Source: the human T2T-CHM13v2.0 reference genome, Homo sapiens. From it: a DNA stretch of 64,000 bases. The stretch is taken from the NCBI RefSeq assembly GCF_009914755.1, contig NC_060925.1. One strand, 5' to 3'. A program made the position numbers and the translations under genes. A model generated the notes under the pieces. That model was not told where the DNA came from. It saw only the letters and a list, made by a program, of their open reading frames with translations, and made no database searches. This document shows positions 25,920 to 38,391 of the stretch, piece by piece. Positions within the stretch are counted from its first letter, which is position 1. The number at the start of each line of letters is the position of its first letter.

Positions 25920-28144
25920 TGATACTGTTTGGCTGTGTTCCCACCCAGATCTCATCTTGAATTCCCACATGTTATGGGAGAGACCTGGTGGGTGGTAATT
26001 GAATTATGGGGGCAGGCCTTTCCCATGCTGTTCTCATGGTAGTGAATAAGTCTCATGAGATCTGATGGCTTTAAAAAGAGGAGTTCCTCTGCACAAGCTC
26101 TCTCTCATTGCCTGCTGCCATCCATGTAAGACATGACTTGCTCCTCCTTCCTTCCATTATGATTGTGAGGCTTCCCCAGCCACATGGAACTGTAAGTCCA
26201 ATTAAACCTTTTTCCTTTGTAAATCACTCAGTCTCAGATATGTCTTTATCAACAGCATGAAAATGAACTAATACAGAAAAATTGGAAATGGGTAACAGGC
26301 AGAGGTTGGAACAGTTTGGAGGGCTCAGAAGAAGACAGGAAAATATGGGAAAGTGTGGAACTTCCTAGAGACTTGTTGAATGGCTTGGACAAAAATGCTG
26401 AAAATGATATGAGCAATAAGATCCAGGCTGAGGTGGTCTCTGATGCAGATGAGGAACATGATGGGAATTGGAGCAAAGGTGACTCTTGTTATGTTTTAGC
26501 AAAGAGGCTGGTGGCATTTTGCCCCTGCCCTAGAGATCTGTGGAACTTTGAACTTGAGAGAGATGATTTAGAGTACTGGTGGAAGAAATTTCTAAGTAGC
26601 AAAGCATTTGAGAGGTGACTTGGGTGCTGTTAAAGGCATTAGGTTTTAAAAGGGAAACAGAGTATAAAAGTGTGGAAAATTTGCAGCCTGACAATGAGAT
26701 AGAAAAGAAAATCCTATTTTCTGAGGAGAACTTAAAGCTGGCTGAAGAAATTTGCATAAGTAAGGAGGAGCCAAATGTTAATCCCTAAGACAATGGGGAA
26801 AATGTCTCCAGAGTATGTCAGAGGTCTTCATGGCAGCCCTTCCCATCACAGGCCTGGAAGTCTAGGAGGAAAAATGGTTTCATGGGCCAGGCCCAGGTTC
26901 CCCATGCTGTGTGCAGTCTAGGGACTTGTTGCCCTGTGTCTCAGCTGCTCCAGCTTGACTAAAAGGGGCTGAGCTGAAGCACAGCTCCAGCTATGGCTTC
27001 AGAGGGTGCAAGCCCCAAGCCTTGGCAGTTTCCACATGGTGGTGAGCCTGCAGGTGCACAGAAGGCAAGAACTGAGGTTTGAGAACCTCCACCTACATTT
27101 CAGAGGTTGTATGGAAATGCCTGGATGGCCATGCAGAAGTTTGCTGCAAGGGTGGGACTCTCATGGAGAATCTCACTAGGGCAGTGTGGAAGAGAAATGT
27201 GGGGTTTGAGCCCCCACACAGAGTCCCTAGTGGAGCTGTGAGAAGAGAGCTACCATTCTCCAGACCCCAGAATGGTAGATCCACTGGCAGCTTGCATTGT
27301 GAACCTGGAACAGCCTCAGATACTCAATGCCAGTCTGTGAAAGCAGCCAGGAGAGAGGCTGTACCCTGCAAAGCCACAGGGGCAGAGCTGCCCAAGACCA
27401 TGGGAACCCACCTCTTGCATCAGTGTGACCTGGATGTGAGACATGAAGTCAAAGGAGATCATTTTGGAACTTTAAGATTTGACTGCCCTGCTGGATTTCG
27501 GACTTGCATGGGGCCTGTAGCCCCTTTGTTTTGGCCAATTTCTCCCATTTGGAATGGCTGTATTTATCCAACGCCTATATCCCCATTGTATTAATATCTA
27601 GGAAGTAACTAACTTGCTTTTGATTTTACAGGCTCATAGGCAGAAGGGACTTTCCTTGTCTCAGATGAGACATTGGACTAGACTTTTTAGTTAATGCTGA
27701 AATGAGTTAAGACTTTGGGGGACTGTTGGGAAGGCATGATTGATTTTGAAATGTGAGGACCTGAGATTTGAGAGGGGCTGGGGTGGAATGATATGGCTTG
27801 GCTGTGTCCCCACCCAAATCTCATCTTGAATTCCCATGTGTTGTGGAAGGGACCCGGTGGGAGGTAACTGAATTACGGAGGCAGGCCTTTCCCTTGCTGT
27901 TCTTGTGGTAGTGAATAAGTTTCATGAGATCTGATGGTTTTATAAAGAGGAGTTCCCCTGAAAATCTCTCTTTCTTTGCCTGCTGCCATCCATGTAAGAT
28001 GTGACTTGCTCCTCCTTGTCTTCCACCATGATTATGAGGCTTCCCCAGCCACATGGAACTGCAAGTTCAATTAAACCTCTTTCCTTTGTACATTGCCCAG
28101 TCTTGGGTATGTCTCTATCAGCAGCATGAAAACAGGCTAATACA
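25920..28144 (+). mobile_element. Full-length THE1 MaLR provirus: LTR 25920-26275, internal region, LTR 27789-28144
   Basis: Two ~355-bp LTRs (tgata..gtttggctgtg...ctaataca), THE1 internal sequence, 5-bp TSD actac. Confidence 0.95.
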
Positions 28145-28739
28145 ACTACATTTCCAGTTGTTTTACCCCTTGATTTGCTACAACCAGTTTGCTCATTTGT
28201 CATTCTCAATTTAACTGTCTTTTATCTCCACTCCAATCCCAGGCAGCAATTTTTGCTGAAAGAGGTATTAATTAAGTTAGTACATTTTAAATTAAATAAA
28301 TGTTAAACATTTATTTAGTAGCTGCTATGCAGTAGTTAATATGTTAGGATGAGGATATACAACCCCAATCTCAAGAACATGCAGCTGATGAAAAACAAAG
28401 TGCATGCAATTAGTTAAGTACACAAAGTGTTATTTAAACAGTTTGCATTCAGTGAAGGTAGATAAAGAGTTGTTTAAGTTCAAGAGGTCAAGAAAATATA
28501 AACTATATGAACTATAATATGATCATCTATGTGAACAATAAAATCTCCTACAAGGCTGGCAGAAATTTGGATGGAGGAGGAAAAATCTAAGTCCTTTGTC
28601 AGAGTGCTATATTATTCCATTGGTGAATGAAAAGGGGACAGACAGCAAGGAGGTATAAATATGAAATTAACAAGGTCAAAATTACAATTGAAATATTGCC
28701 AAGAATAATAAGGAGAACAATCATTTTTCTCTTTCTTTT

Positions 28740-28969
28740 GGCAACAACACTGATTTTCCTTTGAAAATTCACCTTTCCACCCCCGTGCCCAAAGCTGGAA
28801 CAAATACAGTGGATAAGAGAACTTTTTGCAAAGAGCTACCTAAAAAGAGGCACTTTCCAAACCCTTGTAGAGTTTGCAGTCTTTCTCATCTCTGGTGTTA
28901 GAGGAATCAGCTGGTTTTCACAATGAGAGTATCTTACTTTTTTATAAGCAGGACTGGACTGTTTCCCTG
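28740..28969 (+). pseudogene. Dynein-like exon relic with the signature FENSPFHP/VPKAGT/IQWIRELFAK
   Basis: CCC AAA GCT GGA ACA (28788-28802), one extra A, then ATA CAG TGG ATA AGA GAA CTT TTT gives the P..AG.I.W.R.L hallmark of DHC_N1. Donor CTG|gttagc. 5' boundary uncertain. Confidence 0.72.
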
Positions 28970-29039
28970 GTTAGCTATGGTGTCACCTTTCAGTCAATTC
29001 ATGGTGGAGAAGAGAAGGGTTTATGCATGCACCTGTACA

Positions 29040-29045
<6 letters not shown>

Positions 29046-29088
<43 letters not shown>
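29046..29088. repeat. (TG)n microsatellite
   Basis: About 21 TG units. Confidence 0.97.
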
Positions 29089-29090
<2 letters not shown>

Positions 29091-29894
29091 TATGTGCTGA
29101 AGCATTCTTTGCTGAATAATAGACATACTATGTTCATTGCTAATTCCAAATCTCATTTCACGTGTCTAGGTATGAAAGAGGGAGAAAAAATATATCCACC
29201 TAGCCTTCCAGTGATGCATAGGCACTATTAAAATTTATAATGTGATTGAAATATTTGAAGGAGGGTTGTGCCTAAAATATTCAAAGATATTCTCTGACTG
29301 TATTTGAACATTAGCATGAATCACTCAAGATTTTAAAATTAATGAACTGCATTCACAAACATTCCAACCTATGCATACAAAGAGTTCATGGTGGAAATAT
29401 TTTCTAATGGTAAAAAACTGAAAGCAATGAAGCTGTTTACCAATGATGGAATGGTGACATTAATTATGGCACAACAAGTATATTTTAGTGTTGTTTAAAT
29501 ATGTTGCAAATATAAATTAATTTCATAAAGTGTTTTTAATTTTGTAAAATTATGTAAATACTGTAACATAGTAAGGTGGCTATGCATGCACTTATATGAA
29601 AAGATACTTATGATTTAATATTTTTAAATTTTAAAAAGCTAGAAATCATCTATGTAGTAGAATCCCATTTCTTTGATAAATGTTTAAAATTCTACTATTA
29701 CATGTTATTTCTGCATCCAAAAAGAGGATTCTACAAGGACACATACCAAAGTATTATCAGTGGTTCCCTCAGGATTGGTTATTGGAGGCTGTAAAAAAAG
29801 GACTGTTATGTTTTCATATAAATGTTCTGTATTTCATGGAATTTTAATAATTACATATTTTTCTTTACTATAAAACAAAACAATAAAGTAGAAC

Positions 29895-29969
29895 TAATTA
29901 GAAGGATATGTAAATAATTGCCTTATTTTCAAACTGTAATTTAAATCACATGAAGAGTCAATTTTCAAG
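29895..29969 (+). pseudogene. Dynein-like exon relic (LEGYVNNCLIFK.../RVNFQ)
   Basis: GTC AAT TTT CAA G|gtaatg matches the L.VNFD motif at the end of DHC_N1, in the expected order. 5' boundary uncertain. Confidence 0.55.
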
Positions 29970-30601
29970 GTAATGTGACTTGAACTGTCATTAGCTAGTG
30001 ATTGTTTCTATGAGTAAAAAAGTGAAATGAAACACTGACATAGAGGTTATAAGGTATAAGGTATATGTACGATTCAGAGAAATATGATAGCATAAACCAA
30101 ATAATGGAGAATCTGAATTTATGCTTATTCTGCAGTCCAAAGTATTTTCTGAATCTTTCTTACAATCTCAACGCCCTTAGAAATGAACTAGAATAATCAT
30201 ATGGCAGCCCACCGCTCTCCTTCCCATTCAATCACTCTTTGTAGAAAACTAATCTACTTTCTTGCTTTGGGCAAATAAATAAGGACAAAAATTTAAAATT
30301 CTGTCTATAACCAAAAAGTCAAAGTTTGCATACATGAATTCTCTAATAAGTTATTATTACTTTTAGGCTTAAAAAAACAAAGAAATTTTAAGAGGCCATT
30401 TTCTCCTGCTAAAATCCAAATGATTTTTTTGCACTATTTATCAAATCTGGTAGTAGTTATTGGTATTCTTCCAGCAATAATTATGGAATGAATTAATATT
30501 GATATAATCTATATATTCATATTAAATCAGTACAGGAAGTCTAAATGATTATGGTAGCACTATAATGAAAAAATTAAATTAATTTCTCTTTCCATTTGCA
30601 G

Positions 30602-30665
30602 CTTTTGCCAAGGATCTATTTGACTGCCAGAATACAGCTTTTTTTTCCAACTCTTATTCTTGAAG
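30602..30665 (+). pseudogene. Possible dynein-like exon relic (FAKDLFDCQNTAFF)
   Basis: Strong acceptor tttctctttccatttgcag. Resembles P..A..LF. No clean GT donor. Confidence 0.4.
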
Positions 30666-30765
30666 GCTTAAAATTGAATATGCATGATATATAAACTAGA
30701 AATTTATACGAATATTATAAACAAAATAAAAATGTTGCCAATTATTTTATTTTCCCTTTCTCTAG

Positions 30766-30807
30766 GGTGAATTTATCAGAAATACTTTCTTTAAGAAGAA
30801 TTATGAA
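30766..30807 (+). pseudogene. 42-nt exon with consensus splice sites (VNLSEILSLRRIM or GEFIRNTFFKKNYE)
   Basis: Acceptor ttattttattttccctttctctag and donor GAA|gtaagt. Open in two frames. Confidence 0.55.
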
Positions 30808-31281
30808 GTAAGTTTTGTTCTAAGCCACTAACATTTTGTGCGCTTTAAAATTACCTTTTTTGGTAGAAGGATCAGAGAGCTTCATAAATACTTTTAGCCA
30901 GAAGGTAAAGCTGAGACAATAAAATGCAGGCAGTGAATGTCACATAGTGAGCCTTTTACAACACAGATTTGTTGATTTATTTATGTTGCATTTACAAGTT
31001 CTCTGAATGTGTTTATATATTTGTATATAGGTTGAATAGGCTACAACAATGAAACTTCTTTCTCAGGATTAGGAATGAAAGCTCCATTTATTATTGAGAA
31101 ATGAAGTTTATGTGAGAAATAAAAGGTGAATCCATTTTAAAAATAAAAGCATATACTCAAAATATCACCTCAAACTAGTAGAAAAAGTAAATGGTAGTAA
31201 CACATCTTTGGGAGAAAAAACACTGGTTAAAAGGCTGAGGGTTGATTGAATGCCAGAGAGCACTTCTCCCCTTCCACACAG

Positions 31282-31440
31282 TTGTCATGCTGTGACTATA
31301 TATAAAAATGTCAGAAGTGTGTGTAGTGAATATTAGTCGTTTTGTTCCTTGATCGATAAAGAACGTATTCTTATGTTTTGAGAACTTTCCATCATATGAA
31401 TCTTTGTTTTTCCCTGGATATAGAAATTATGAAGATCCTA
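31282..31440 (+). pseudogene. Dynein-like exon relic (IYKNVRSVCSEY* ... ENFPSYESLFFP/DIEIMKI)
   Basis: Acceptor cttctccccttccacacag. Resembles NL..V...YN.I...L...E..LF...I..LD. 3' end abuts a MER53-like insertion. Confidence 0.55.
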
Positions 31441-31580
31441 GGGTTCCCGGGTGTAACAAATAAAAATACAGGGTACCAAGTTAAAGTTGAATTGTACAGA
31501 AACAGCAAATGATTTGTTAGTGTACGTCCCAAATAAGTGTGTCTCAAACAAGTATGTCAAATTTTACAAACATCGGGGCT
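31440..31580 (+). mobile_element. MER53-like hAT DNA transposon fragment
   Basis: agggttcccgggtgtaacaaataaaaatacaggg...agttaaagttgaatt. Confidence 0.6.
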
Positions 31581-31674
31581 CCTATTTTTTATTCTGCAAT
31601 ACTAGAAGACAAGATATTGGCTTTCCAGCCTCCTGTGAAAAGAGAATGTGACATGTGATGGGCATGTGACCTAG

Positions 31675-32018
<344 letters not shown>

Positions 32019-32349
32019 CAAACTTGGAATCTTAAGAAGCAAGAACAGTGGAGACCCCGTGTAGTCAGTAGTAGCAGCAGCAGAGGCAGCAGCAGGTGTC
32101 CATGGCAACAATGACGATTCCGTCCCAGTAGTAACAACAATGAAAGCTGTTTAATCCCAGGTCCAGCAGCAGTAGAAGCAGCTGCAGGGACTTCACCACA
32201 TTATTCTGTAGTATGATTTTGATGCTTGGTCTCTTTTCTTCCTGCCCCATTTCCATGTTCAATCCTTCAAAATTCTTGTTGGTTCTTTCACCTAGCCAAC
32301 GTCCCTTAAGCAAATTCCTTTTCTGTTTAAATTGCCCAGAATTATGTTT

Positions 32350-32705
32350 TCATTAACGAATAATATTTGTACATATGTATGGGGTACATGTGGTATTTTA
32401 TTGCATGCATAGAATGTGTAATGATCAGGCCAGAGTGCCTATCACCTCCAGTGTTTTCATTTCTATCTTTTGGGAAGATGTCAAGTCCTCTCTTTTAGCT
32501 ACTTTGAAATATACAATACGATGTTGTTAGCTATAGTCACCTTACTCTGTTATCAAATATTAGAACTTACTCCTTCTCTCTAACTGTATGTTTGTGCTCA
32601 CTAACCAACCTTTCTTCATCCCTCCTGCCTCTAACCACAAACGTTTCTCAGCCCCTGGTATCAATCGTTCTACTCTCTACCTCCATGAGATCAGCTTTTT
32701 TTAGC
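32350..32705 (-). mobile_element. L1MA 3' end
   Basis: tttgtacatatgtatggggtacatgtg...ctctacctccatgagatc. Confidence 0.85.
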
Positions 32706-32749
32706 CAGGCATCCTCTTGAGGAGGATAGAATCTTCTCTTGTTTCTAAG

Positions 32750-33000
32750 AGCAGGAGAGCACAATATTAAGAGTATGGACTTTAGAGACATGTTCCCTGG
32801 ATTTACAGCCCAGCTATACCGCTTACTACCCAATGACCTTAAACAAATTACGTACTTTTTATGCACATCAATAAAGCTTCTATTTCCATGTCTGTAAAAT
32901 GAGCAGAGTAACAGTGTCTATCCGATAGGATTGCTTTGCATTTCAAGTTACTAAATATTTAGAGCAGAGACTGACAGATAGTAAGCACTATATATATGTT
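32750..33000 (+). mobile_element. MIR
   Basis: ttaagagtatggacttt...cttactac...tctgtaaaatg. Confidence 0.7.
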
Positions 33001-33108
33001 TTGAAAAACACAAAAACTAAAACTAAAAATCATCATTCACAAACCCAAGTTGTATGCAGAGGAAAAACCAACCATTTTTAATCAGACCATATTGATTATT
33101 TCCTTAAG

Positions 33109-33314
33109 GTGCTAGAAAAGGGTTTCAGAGGAGGCTTAATGTGTAATAAGCCGTTCCATTACTAATACAGGTTAGAGCAAGCAAAACATTCATATTAGTA
33201 CTCAGACCTCTAGTATTACAATATTTTTCTGCCAGAACCCTGTTAAGGTAGTGAACTTCGTTAACCTTATTTGAAAGTGAAGTAAATGAGATTTGGAAGG
33301 GACTACAAAACTTG
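33109..33314 (+). pseudogene. Dynein-like exon relic (VLEKGFRGGLMCNKPFHY*YRLEQAK...)
   Basis: Acceptor ttatttccttaag. Matches .L.PGL..LNW.S..I..Y. Several stops. Confidence 0.55.
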
Positions 33315-33907
33315 TATACCACAAAACATCACCCCACCAGCTTGTATGGTCTTACAGATTTAGTTATTATTGGACTGAGCAGGAAAGAGTGGAGGTGGAG
33401 TGATCAGATAGCTAAAATATCATTTGCAATTTCATAAAGGGGAGTTTATTTGACTAATTAATTTGTATTACAGGTCCAGGGGTAACATCATACTGGATTT
33501 GGAAGTTTTAGTGGGGTCAATGATGAGAAGCAAGGTGATGACAAACCTTGATGAAAAGAGAGCAAAGCATGAAGTGTGAGGTCAAGAGCAGAACACAATA
33601 GACTGAGATGTCGGGAGCCTGAATGGGAAGAGGAAAGAGGGTATGATACCTCCAACTGACAAATTATTTTTAATTGACTTATTTATGAAATACTTATTGT
33701 CTCCTCTATACCATATATAAATTTATCTAGAACCTGTTCTATGGCAAAAAATAATTCAGATTTATAATACATACCAGTAATGAAATAAATGTAAGCCTTG
33801 CCCTAGTGCTGATCCTGCTTATGTTTCCTTTAATCAATGTGCCACAAAAGCAGTAGACTCCAAAAACCCTTTGGCTTACACTAGAGTCAAAAACATTCTT
33901 CTCTTAG

Positions 33908-33984
33908 CAATTCATTTTGGAATTCTTTGAAGAAAGCCCAGTGGTATCTTTAGAAAATATGTTGATAAGCAGCTTTGCATGAGG
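33908..33984 (+). pseudogene. Dynein-like exon relic (QFILEFFEES / QWYL / KYVDKQLCMR)
   Basis: Acceptor ttcttctcttag and donor AGG|gtgaga. Matches the W..Y..YVD..V motif. Frameshifted. Confidence 0.6.
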
Positions 33985-34483
33985 GTGAGACCCTAAGAGG
34001 CATACTGGAGGGAGTGGAAACATAGATATTAAATTCCATGTATGTCTCTATTAAGCTTAGGACAGTGCCCAGGACACAAAAGAAGCAAATTATTCCACTG
34101 AGAATTTCGTAAACCGATTTTGCTCAAAGCTCTTTATTCTGTCAGTGGTTGAATTTCAGTAGGGAGTAAAGACGATTTATTTATAGTTTTTCAAGGCATC
34201 ACCCCGCTAAATCCCCTAGAAGTCCCACTCCTGGAGAAAGGGTCTATAGTTGTATAGATTTATGCCGTGCTGTTATATTTTCTTTGAATAGTTTTGTTTA
34301 TCTTCAAATTATTTGGCTTAGTTGGTACCCCTACTATGAGACTTCTACCAAAGAGTAAATAAAGCAATTTATTTACTTAAGATTAGTGGTTCAATATACC
34401 TCTTTAATGCAGAAGTTGATAAGTAATATGTCATTGAGGAAGGTAGTCATGGACAGACCTCTTATCAGCTTTCACATTTTCAG

Positions 34484-34627
34484 AGAAAAAAAAAAGATCT
34501 CAGTGAGACTAAAAGTTTGAAGATGAATTTGGATTCCAGAAACGAAGGAATTTTTGTGTCAGATCAAACTCGACAAGGATTATTTTGGTACCTATCACGT
34601 GCCAAACACAGTTTTAGAGTTTTTCAA
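34484..34627 (+). pseudogene. Exon-like relic (EKKKDLSETKSLKMNLDSRNEGIFVSDQTRQGLFWYLSRAKHSFRVFQ)
   Basis: Acceptor ctttcacattttcag and donor CAA|gtgagg. Open frame overlaps ORF 34517. No clear dynein motif. Confidence 0.45.
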
Positions 34628-34757
34628 GTGAGGTACTTTAATTTTCACAAAAATAGTGTGTGTTGCTTTCATTTCACAAAAGAAGAAGCAGGTTATAAAA
34701 ATATATTCTTTGGGTGAACAAAAGTTCCATGAAGCTAGAATAGTCTTCTAATTTTAG

Positions 34758-34940
34758 AGATGTGGGTACCAAAATACAGAGAAGTTTTTACTTAAAATCA
34801 CTCATCAAATTCAAATACGAAGTTGATTTCCACTCCATTTCTGTTCCTATTTCACCATATGACTTGCATTCCAAGCCAGAACTTGTTTATTGTGATTATA
34901 TTAGCACACTACATTTCAGAAGGAAATCTCTCTTTAATCT
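34758..34940 (+). pseudogene. Exon-like relic (DVGTKIQRSFYLKSLIKFKYEVDFHSISVPISPYDL...)
   Basis: Acceptor tcttctaattttag, gtaaca donor, fully open frame (ORF 34762). Only weak similarity to the dynein tail. Confidence 0.4.
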
Positions 34941-35139
34941 GTAACATCGATTTAATTATGTGACATGTAGAGGTCACAAAATTAAAGGTAGGAACTTTAA
35001 GATATGTGTTTCATGAGACAGTGATTTTGTTCTTATCATTGAGTAAACAAAGAAACACATTTCAATGTGGGCCAAAGGTGTAATTGTCAAGGTACATTGT
35101 AAAGTCAATATCCTTCCTAACTAATCTAGTCTCAATCTC

Positions 35140-35330
35140 TCTAGATAGATAGGCCATACACAAAATTCTATACATATATAGGTATATGTGAGCACATATA
35201 CATACCTATATATGTCTACACACATATATGTATATACACAAATATATACATACCTATATATGAATATCTGTGTACATACACATACCCATATATATACAGA
35301 CACACACATCTAGTGGGTGTGTGTATGACA
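35140..35330. repeat. (TA/CA)-rich simple repeat
   Basis: Degenerate tatacacatata array. Confidence 0.8.
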
Positions 35331-35829
35331 TACGCAAAATGTATGTCCATGACATTATTGTCATGGTTTTTGTTTTTGGTTGGTTTTGTTATTTTCATAT
35401 AATAGTTCTCAAAGAACATTCAATAAGCTTCTCCTGTATGAAAAGCACAGGGCTAGGTATTTTACACATAATTTTCTCATTTATAGTCCACAGCAACTCT
35501 ACATGGTAAAGATTATCTTACAAATTTTGGACTCAGTAAGGTTAAGTGCTTTACTCAAGATCACAGGGTCATAAAATAAAGAGCTGATGTTACAAGTTGG
35601 GTGTTTCTCACTCCAAAGCCCGTGTTCTTTTTATCATATGATAAAACACTTCAAATGCGCAATTTTAACTTATTTTGGTATTTTGTGTTTTGTTTGGTAT
35701 AGGTATTTTAAACATATTTTAAATATTTGGGACTTGGTATTTTATATTTTAACATATTTTGACTTATTGGTAGCTTATTCACCAATAATTTTGTACAAGT
35801 AAGCCATACTGCACATTCATACATAGCAA

Positions 35830-37230
35830 AGGTATTCACCAAAGGTCTATAAGGTACCAGATTCTGTTCTAAGTGCTGCTGATGGAGCAGTGCACAAGAA
35901 AGACAAATTTCTGTTTTTGTGCTCCTACATTCTAGTGGAAAGAGACAGAAAATGAACAGGTGGTGAACAGAATAAAGATAATACAACAAGTGGTAATATG
36001 TTTCATTAAAAAAATAAAGCAGAGTAAGGGACGGACAGTGACTGAAAAGGGTGCTGTTTATTTAACGTAGTCATACATGCCATTCCGCTAAAATGGTATT
36101 TGAGCAGAGACCTGAAGAAATCAAGAGTAAGCCAAGTAGGGGCACGTAGGGAAAGAGTGTTCCAAGCAGAAGAAACAGGAAGTATTAGTTTCCTAGGGCT
36201 GCCACAACAAAGTGCCATAAACTCACTGGCTTAAAATAATAGGTATTTATTCTCTCACAGTTTGGGAGGCAAGAAGTTCAAAATTAAGGTGTCAGCAGAG
36301 CCATGCCCTCTCTGAAGTCTGTAGGGGAAAATTCTTCCTTGCCTCTTCTGGCTTCTAGTGACTCTTGGAAGCATAGCCCCTATTTCTGCCTCTATCTTCG
36401 CATGGTTTTCTTTTTTCTAGTGTCTCTCTGTTTCCTTTCCTTGTCTCATAAGGATACACTCATAGAATTTAGGGCCCACTCAAAATCCAGGATGACTTCT
36501 ACTCAAGATTGTTAATCAATTACACCTCCAAAGACCCTATTCCCAATGTGATCCTATGCTACAAAGTATAAAATCCCTGAGGTGGAAGCACATTGGAGGG
36601 GCAGCAAGGAGGCTTGTGTAGCCAGAGAAGAGTTTGGGGGTGGGTGGAGGAAGTGGTAGTTTACAAGATCAGACAAGTCCTCTGGGTTAGTGGGCAGGTA
36701 GATGGTGGAAGCCTGGCATGCTCTGTAAGAGCCTCGAACTTTAATCTAAGTAAGCTGAGTAGTCTGTAGAGAGGGAATTTTAGGACAGAGGAGTAACAGG
36801 AGTAATGAAATCCATAAAGGATCCTCACTCTGGCTGATTCTTAGAGAATGGAGTGGTTGGGAGAGGGAAGAAGCAGCAGAACCAAATAAGAGGCTTCTAT
36901 GTTAAATTCAGTAAAATGTAACCATAATGTGATCAGAGTAGTGGTAGCAGAGCTGGTGACAGTTAGTCACATTCTGGGTCTACTTTGAGAATATGGCTGA
37001 CAAGACCTGCTCCTGGATTAGATATGGAGTGTAAGATAATGAGAGATTCAAGGATGAAGCCAAGAGCCTTACCTGAAATTCTTCAGAATGGAGCTGGTTT
37101 TACTGAGATGGGAAGTTGTAGAGGAGGACCACATTTGGCCTTGGGGCCAAGAGTCTAAAGCATGTTTTGAAATGTTAAATTTGAGATGCTGATTGTGCAT
37201 TTAAATACAGAAAAAGCATAGGCAGTAAAG
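35830..37230 (-). mobile_element. L2 fragment interrupted by MLT1
   Basis: Antisense L2 3' motifs (tacattctagtgg, tttgagcagagacctgaag). Confidence 0.75.
36181..36565 (-). mobile_element. MLT1 (A-C type) LTR
   Basis: gtattagtttcctagggctgccacaacaaagtgcc...aaagaccctattccca. Confidence 0.8.
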
Positions 37231-37921
37231 GAATATTGAGGGCTAAGTTTCTGGACCAATAATTCTGCTTGGAAAAAAACTTTAAAATATTATAAAAGAT
37301 GGATACTTTAAAAATCTTAAGAGTATTAAAAAGCTAACAAGATGCTAAACAATTAAAGTTGAAAATATAAATGAAAGCAGAAACCAGAAAGGAATTCAGA
37401 GAACTGAAGCTGCTTTTGTTGTCAAAGTTTTTACCAATCCAGAGGAATTTGAGCTTTGGCTGTGACAGCTGGCTTTTGATAGCTTCACAAGAAGTAATGC
37501 CCAATTGAGGTAGAAAATTTGATAGGAGATCTACCCCTTTAAAGCTGGTAGCCTAAGGGCTACACTAGGAAGGTGCAGATAAACCTGATCTACACCTCAC
37601 CTCCAGTGAACTGCAAGGAGAGTTATCCTGGCACTCAACAGAGCAGGGGTTGGGGAGCAGATGGAGAGAAGTTATCACTAGTGAGTTGTAACCACAAATC
37701 TACCTTGCCCAGATTGGTGCCCAAATCCACATCATTTAGGTTATTTTTTTAAAGTTCAAGTTATTATTTCAGATTTAAGTGGTTCGGATAGGTAGTCAAC
37801 TAGCCTCTTACCAGAAGTAAATGCAAATAATCTCTTTAGTAAATATGTCTTTATTAAGGTCTCTAAGAATGCTCATAAACATTTTATCAAATAAATGAGC
37901 ACCACAAAGTTAAAACTAACC

Positions 37922-38391
<470 letters not shown>

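Noticed and set aside
27079-27594. 171-aa ORF
   Set aside because: Lies within the THE1 internal sequence; a degenerate MaLR ORF.
32060-32190. CAG-rich tract as a polyQ exon
   Set aside because: Short, interrupted and within an LTR-like element.
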